In this document: in pieces, positions 59,617 through 64,000 of the stretch | How the letters are laid out: each line of letters begins with the position of its first letter | Position numbering within the stretch: the first letter of the stretch is position 1 | NCBI GenBank assembly: GCA_965221955.1 | Contig: CBDCTA010000022.1 | Span: 96,001 to 160,000, forward strand | DNA length: 64,000 nt | From: Gammaproteobacteria bacterium | GTDB lineage: Bacteria > Pseudomonadota > Gammaproteobacteria > UBA4575 | Reading direction: 5' to 3' | The notes under the pieces: generated by a model | What the model saw: the letters and a program-made list of their open reading frames with translations, nothing else | Databases searched by the model: none | What the model was told of the DNA's origin: nothing | Position numbers and translations under genes: made by a program

Positions 59617-60792
59617 ATGATACGCACTTTATTAGTTTTTATTTTTTTCCTTGTAGTATTTACGCTCGCTGTTTTCCTTGCAATGAAGGAACCTGGGTTT
59701 GCAAGTTTTAGCTATGGTGATTCGGAGTACACAATTCGTTTAGTTGATTTTGTAATTGGTTTATTCATTCTTATTCCAATTTTATATATTTTCTACAAGC
59801 TAATTAGTCTTTTATTTAATGCTCCAAAATTTATTCATAACAAAGTGGATAAACGGCGCCAAGCAAAAGCTCTACATGATACTCAACAGGGTTTAACAAA
59901 ATATATACAAGGTGATTGGGAACAATCTGAAAAACTATTGTTACGTAGTGCAGAAAATTCTGAATCTGCAATGGTTAATTACATTTGGGCTGCACGGGCA
60001 GCACACAAACGCGGTGATTTTTCCGAACGTGATATGCACCTCGCAGCCGCGAAAAAAATTAATCCTGATGAAACTTCAGCACTAGAAGTTTTACAAGCCG
60101 AATTTTCTTTAGAGCAACAAATGCCTGAACAAGCTTTGGCGAGTTTAAGTAAACACAGTAATGCGATTCGCTCCAATTCTAAAATTGCAGCTTTGTTTGC
60201 TAATGCTTATGAACAACTTAAAGACTGGGATAAGTTAGCTGGAATTATCCCGGAATTAAAAAATAGCAAAAACTTAGATCGACAAAGCTACAGCCATATT
60301 GAAAAACAAGCACTCAAGGGCTTGCTTAGAAATGATCAAAATAGCGCTGAAGAGCTCGGAATGAAATTTAAAGATTCAATTCTTGCCGATAAGCAATTAA
60401 CTGTAGATTATGTTTCTGCATTACGTCGACAAGCTAAACACGAACTAGCCGAAAGCGTAGCTGCCAATAGTTTAAATGAAAACTGGTGTTCAGAATTGGT
60501 GCATGAATATGGATTGATTGAATTTAAAGACCCAGCTGCTGCCTTAACTAAAGCCGAAAAATGGGCTGAAAAACATACTGATGATGCAAATCTCTATCTA
60601 AGTTTAGGGCGTATTTGTAAAAAAGCCCAACTTTGGGGTAAAGCTAAGGCTTATTTTGAGTCTAGCTTGAGCCGTAAACCCCTTGCAGAAACATATGCTG
60701 AACTTGCCGCTTTACATGAACAACTTGATGAAATAGAAGATGCTCATCGTTGCACAAAAAAAGGGCTAAAAATCGCCACACACCGCGTTTAG
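59617..60792 (+). CDS. hemY: HemY (HemY_N + TPR) protein
   Basis: EPGF, QGDWEQSEK, LSLGRICKKAQLWGKAKAYFE. Confidence 0.9.
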   Translation: MIRTLLVFIFFLVVFTLAVFLAMKEPGFASFSYGDSEYTIRLVDFVIGLFILIPILYIFYKLISLLFNAPKFIHNKVDKRRQAKALHDTQQGLTKYIQGDWEQSEKLLLRSAENSESAMVNYIWAARAAHKRGDFSERDMHLAAAKKINPDETSALEVLQAEFSLEQQMPEQALASLSKHSNAIRSNSKIAALFANAYEQLKDWDKLAGIIPELKNSKNLDRQSYSHIEKQALKGLLRNDQNSAEELGMKFKDSILADKQLTVDYVSALRRQAKHELAESVAANSLNENWCSELVHEYGLIEFKDPAAALTKAEKWAEKHTDDANLYLSLGRICKKAQLWGKAKAYFESSLSRKPLAETYAELAALHEQLDEIEDAHRCTKKGLKIATHRV

Positions 60793-60961
60793 TTTTCTTA
60801 GCATTCTCTTTCCTATTTAAATGCAGTGACCAGAAATTGTCGCTGTGTGATTGTTATTATTTGTCTAGATTTACTTGAATAATTCGCTAAGCTTAAGTAT
60901 TTTGAGCTTATCAATTAAAAATTTACCTCTAGTAAAATAGTAAAAAATTTTCACGCCAATC

Positions 60962-61450
60962 ATGTCATTACGCATTCTATCAGCATTCATCGTATTGTTT
61001 TGTTTGTGGCTACTTTTATCAGGGCACTATGGGCCTTTGCTATTATCATTAGGTGCAGTAAGTTGTTTATTTATTGCGTGGGTGTCGGATAAATTTGGTT
61101 TATTCAGCAGTGACTTTTCGACATTAAAATTGAATCTTAAGCTTCCTACCTTTTTGCCGTGGTTCTTTGTAGAAATCGTTAAATCAAACATTGATGTTAG
61201 CTGGAGAATTTTGCACCCAAAACTTCCTATTGAACCTAATTTTATAACTATTGACGCATCGAAACACAGCGACCTTGCAACTGCAGTATATGCAAATTGC
61301 ATCACGCTTACCCCTGGGACATATAGTTTTGATGTTGACGATAATATTATTGAAGCTCACGCATTGACCAATCAAATTGCACAAGATTTGCAATCAGGCA
61401 AAATGGGCAAACGCATCTCCGCGTTAGAATCGACCCCCCTTAATAAATAA
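60962..61450 (+). CDS. mrpE: Mrp/Mnh Na+/H+ antiporter subunit E
   Basis: WLLLSG, EIVKSNIDV, ANCITLTPGT. Confidence 0.92.
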   Translation: MSLRILSAFIVLFCLWLLLSGHYGPLLLSLGAVSCLFIAWVSDKFGLFSSDFSTLKLNLKLPTFLPWFFVEIVKSNIDVSWRILHPKLPIEPNFITIDASKHSDLATAVYANCITLTPGTYSFDVDDNIIEAHALTNQIAQDLQSGKMGKRISALESTPLNK

Positions 61451-61460
61451 GTAACAATAA

Positions 61461-61730
61461 ATGTTTATTGCGGCAACTATTGCAATGATTATAGTCATGC
61501 TTTTAGTCCTCTTGCGTGCCTCTCTTGGACCTACTGTTTTTGATCGTATCTTGGCGATTAATACTTTTGGCACTGCCACAGTATTATTAATTGCAATATT
61601 TGGTTTTTTGACTGAGCGTCCAGATTTTATGGATATCGCACTTACTTATGCACTGATTAATTTTATTGCAACCATAGCGGTATTAAAGCTTTTCCGTTAT
61701 GGTCATTTAGGTGAAAGTTTTGACGAGTAG
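61461..61730 (+). CDS. mrpF: Mrp/Mnh antiporter subunit F
   Basis: GPTVFDRILA, DIALTYALINF. Confidence 0.92.
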   Translation: MFIAATIAMIIVMLLVLLRASLGPTVFDRILAINTFGTATVLLIAIFGFLTERPDFMDIALTYALINFIATIAVLKLFRYGHLGESFDE

Positions 61731-61733
61731 CTT

Positions 61734-62030
61734 ATGTTGATTACATCATTAGGCTGGCTTTTTCTATCACTTGGCTGTTTTTTTTGTCTAGTTGGCTCAA
61801 TTGGTTTAATACGCTTACCCGATTTTTATTCCAGAGTCCATGCAGCGGGGGTTGTGGATAGTCTAGGCGCTATCCTCATCTTAATTGGTTTAATAACTCA
61901 AACCCAAGACTTCTTTGTTATCGTAAAGCTGTTATTTATTCTCTTGTTTATGATGTTAACGGGCCCAACTGCTGTGCATGCTCTTGCTCGTGCAGCAAAC
62001 TTAAGGGACAAAGAAATTAAAACAGAATGA
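61734..62030 (+). CDS. mrpG: Mrp/Mnh antiporter subunit G
   Basis: GLIRLPDFYSRVHAA, TGPTAVHALARA. Confidence 0.92.
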   Translation: MLITSLGWLFLSLGCFFCLVGSIGLIRLPDFYSRVHAAGVVDSLGAILILIGLITQTQDFFVIVKLLFILLFMMLTGPTAVHALARAANLRDKEIKTE

Positions 62031-62057
62031 ATAATTTTTTGGTGTTTATTTAATTCT

Positions 62058-62615
62058 ATGGATATTCAAACAATTGTTGATATTTCATTATTAACACTAC
62101 TAGCAGTTACTGCAATTATCTTATTGCGTTTACATAATTTGCTCGCCGCTATACTTCTAAGTGGAATATACAGTCTTTTATCAGCGGGTTTGTTCGTAAG
62201 CTTAGATGCTGTTGACGTCGCTTTTACTGAGGCAGCTGTTGGTGCTGGGTTAACTACTGTTTTATTGCTAGGTGCAGTTGCTATTACTGGCAGAGATCAA
62301 TCAGTAAAACGTCATAGTAGAGTTTTACCAATCGCGGTAACAGTGGTCACTGCAGCAGCGCTAATCTATGGAACACTTGATATGCCAAAATTTGGTGACC
62401 CGGAAGCACCAATACATACACATGTAGCACCACGCTATATCAATATGAGCGGTGAAGAGATTGGTATACCAAATATTGTTACTTCGGTACTCGCAAGCTA
62501 TCGCGGTTACGATACTCTAGGGGAGGTAACCGTAGTATTCACTGCTGCAATTGGTGTGATGTTATTACTGAGCGGTATAAGAAAACAAAAAATTAAGCCG
62601 GATAAAAATGAATAA
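62058..62615 (+). CDS. Mrp antiporter subunit B-related (DUF4040) protein
   Basis: DAVDVAFTEAAVGAG, PNIVTSVLASYRGYDTLGE. Confidence 0.9.
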   Translation: MDIQTIVDISLLTLLAVTAIILLRLHNLLAAILLSGIYSLLSAGLFVSLDAVDVAFTEAAVGAGLTTVLLLGAVAITGRDQSVKRHSRVLPIAVTVVTAAALIYGTLDMPKFGDPEAPIHTHVAPRYINMSGEEIGIPNIVTSVLASYRGYDTLGEVTVVFTAAIGVMLLLSGIRKQKIKPDKNE

Positions 62616-63036
62616 TAAAAGAAGCTTAATTCTTCGCGAAGCATGCAATTTACTCATCCCTGCAGTTTTATTGTTTGCATTATACGTTCAATTCCATGGC
62701 GACTATGGACCTGGAGGCGGTTTTCAAGCCGGTGTTATTTTTGCTGCAGGTGTTATTCTATATGCACTGGTACATGGAAGAAAAAAAGCTCAAAAAATTT
62801 TTCCCTCAAGCGTAGTACGTTATTTTATTTCCATTGGATTACTGCTTTATGCAGGAGTTGGTATTGTTTCAATATTCATGGGTGGAAACTATCTTGATTA
62901 CGATGTTCTTTCACATGATCCACTCCATGGTCAACATCTTGGAATATTTCTTATAGAACTGGGCGTGGGTATTACTGTTGCCGCAGTGATGATCATGATT
63001 TTTTATATGCTAGATGAATATGCTGAAAAATCATGA
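62608..63036 (+). CDS. mrpB: Mrp/Mnh antiporter subunit B
   Basis: HGDYGPGGGFQAG, IELGVGITV. Confidence 0.9.
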   Translation: MNNKRSLILREACNLLIPAVLLFALYVQFHGDYGPGGGFQAGVIFAAGVILYALVHGRKKAQKIFPSSVVRYFISIGLLLYAGVGIVSIFMGGNYLDYDVLSHDPLHGQHLGIFLIELGVGITVAAVMIMIFYMLDEYAEKS

Positions 63037-63410
63037 TTGCTGATTTTTATAATTATTGGGTCGCTATCATCTTAATGATGATTGGGTTTTATATCGTCAT
63101 TTCTGATGCAAACCTAATTAAAAAGATAATTGGGCTGAGCATCTTCCAAACTTCAGTATTTATCTTATTCATTTCAATGAGCAAAGTAGAAGGTGGGACA
63201 GCTCCTATACTTGCAGAAGGCATAACCCTTTACTCAAATCCTCTACCACATGTGTTAATACTGACTGCTATTGTTGTTGGCGTAGCCACAACGGCTCTGG
63301 GTCTTGCCATCATTGCACGCATATATCGTGAATATGGCACCATCGATGAAAATATTATTCATGAGAAAGATGAAGAACACTATGAAGATAATGATGAGGC
63401 TGCTTTATAG
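63033..63410 (+). CDS. mrpC: Mrp/Mnh antiporter subunit C
   Basis: NLIKKIIGL, NPLPHVLILTAIVVG. Confidence 0.92.
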   Translation: MIADFYNYWVAIILMMIGFYIVISDANLIKKIIGLSIFQTSVFILFISMSKVEGGTAPILAEGITLYSNPLPHVLILTAIVVGVATTALGLAIIARIYREYGTIDENIIHEKDEEHYEDNDEAAL

Positions 63411-64000
63411 TGCTATCTCAACATCTTGCAGTTTTACAGGTTGTAGTGCCATTAATCTCAGCACCATTATGTGCATTCCTGCCCTCAAGCAAGTTAGGAA
63501 GCAAAATGGCCTGGCTCTTTACAACCTTGGCGAGCCTTGCGACTTTTATCATTTCATTACTACTTGTAAATGAAGTCTCAAGAAACGGGGTTATAAGCTA
63601 TGCGCTAGGGGGTTGGGCACCACCTTGGGGGATTGAATATCGCATTGATCATCTAAGTGCTTATGTACTTCTTATCGTTTCAGCCATTGCAAGTATTACC
63701 ATGCTTGCTGCACGAAAAAGTGTAGAGAAAGAAATTGCGCATGAAAAAATCAGTTTATTCTATTCCGCATTTTTACTTTGTCTAACCGGTTTATTAGGCA
63801 TTGTAGCAACGGGTGATGCGTTTAATATATTTGTATTTTTAGAAATAAGTTCACTGTCTTCTTATGTACTGATAGCGTTAGGCAGCAACCGCAAAGCGCT
63901 AACTGCCTCATATCAATATTTAATCATGGGCACCATTGGTGCAACCTTCATCTTAATCGGTGTCGGGTTGCTGTATATGTTGACCGGAACATTAAATATT
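63410..64000 (+). CDS. mrpD: Mrp/Mnh antiporter subunit D (truncated by window edge)
   Basis: GTG overlapping mrpC stop; MLSQHLAVLQVVVPLISAP...GGWAPPWGIEYRID...TGDAFNIFVFLEISSL...YLIMGTIGATF. Confidence 0.9.
   Translation, partial: MLSQHLAVLQVVVPLISAPLCAFLPSSKLGSKMAWLFTTLASLATFIISLLLVNEVSRNGVISYALGGWAPPWGIEYRIDHLSAYVLLIVSAIASITMLAARKSVEKEIAHEKISLFYSAFLLCLTGLLGIVATGDAFNIFVFLEISSLSSYVLIALGSNRKALTASYQYLIMGTIGATFILIGVGLLYMLTGTLNI

Overview
AT-rich gammaproteobacterial chromosomal window, mostly core housekeeping genes: an ECF sigma/anti-sigma module, priA-argS-SPOR, nadA, speA/speE, a sigma54/NtrC-controlled porin-glnK-amtB operon, ubiK-comM, cytochromes c5/c4, dsbA, engB, polA (broken by several indels, probably sequencing errors), thrB, a TRAP transporter, uvrD-ubiBJE, hslVU, xerC-dapF-lysA-lptM, argH, algZ/algR, hemCDXY and the start of an Mrp antiporter operon. 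The strongest novelty lies in a ~2.9 kb insertion between DUF971 and ubiE. There, an FNR-box promoter precedes a signal-peptide leader ORF ending in the ribosome-arrest motif FSIRAPP. The codons just before RAPP can form a 13-bp helix with the Shine-Dalgarno of the next gene, the SecM/secA-type architecture, but here it sits over a small membrane protein, a TauE/SafE (TSUP) transporter and a 24-aa microprotein. Other non-coding signals are a sigmaE-driven C-rich-loop sRNA at the polA-engB locus, a CsrB/RsmZ-like GGA-hairpin region, tandem DnaA boxes abutting the priA start, and several unannotated small ORFs. All protein calls come from motif recognition and synteny by eye; no database searches were run.
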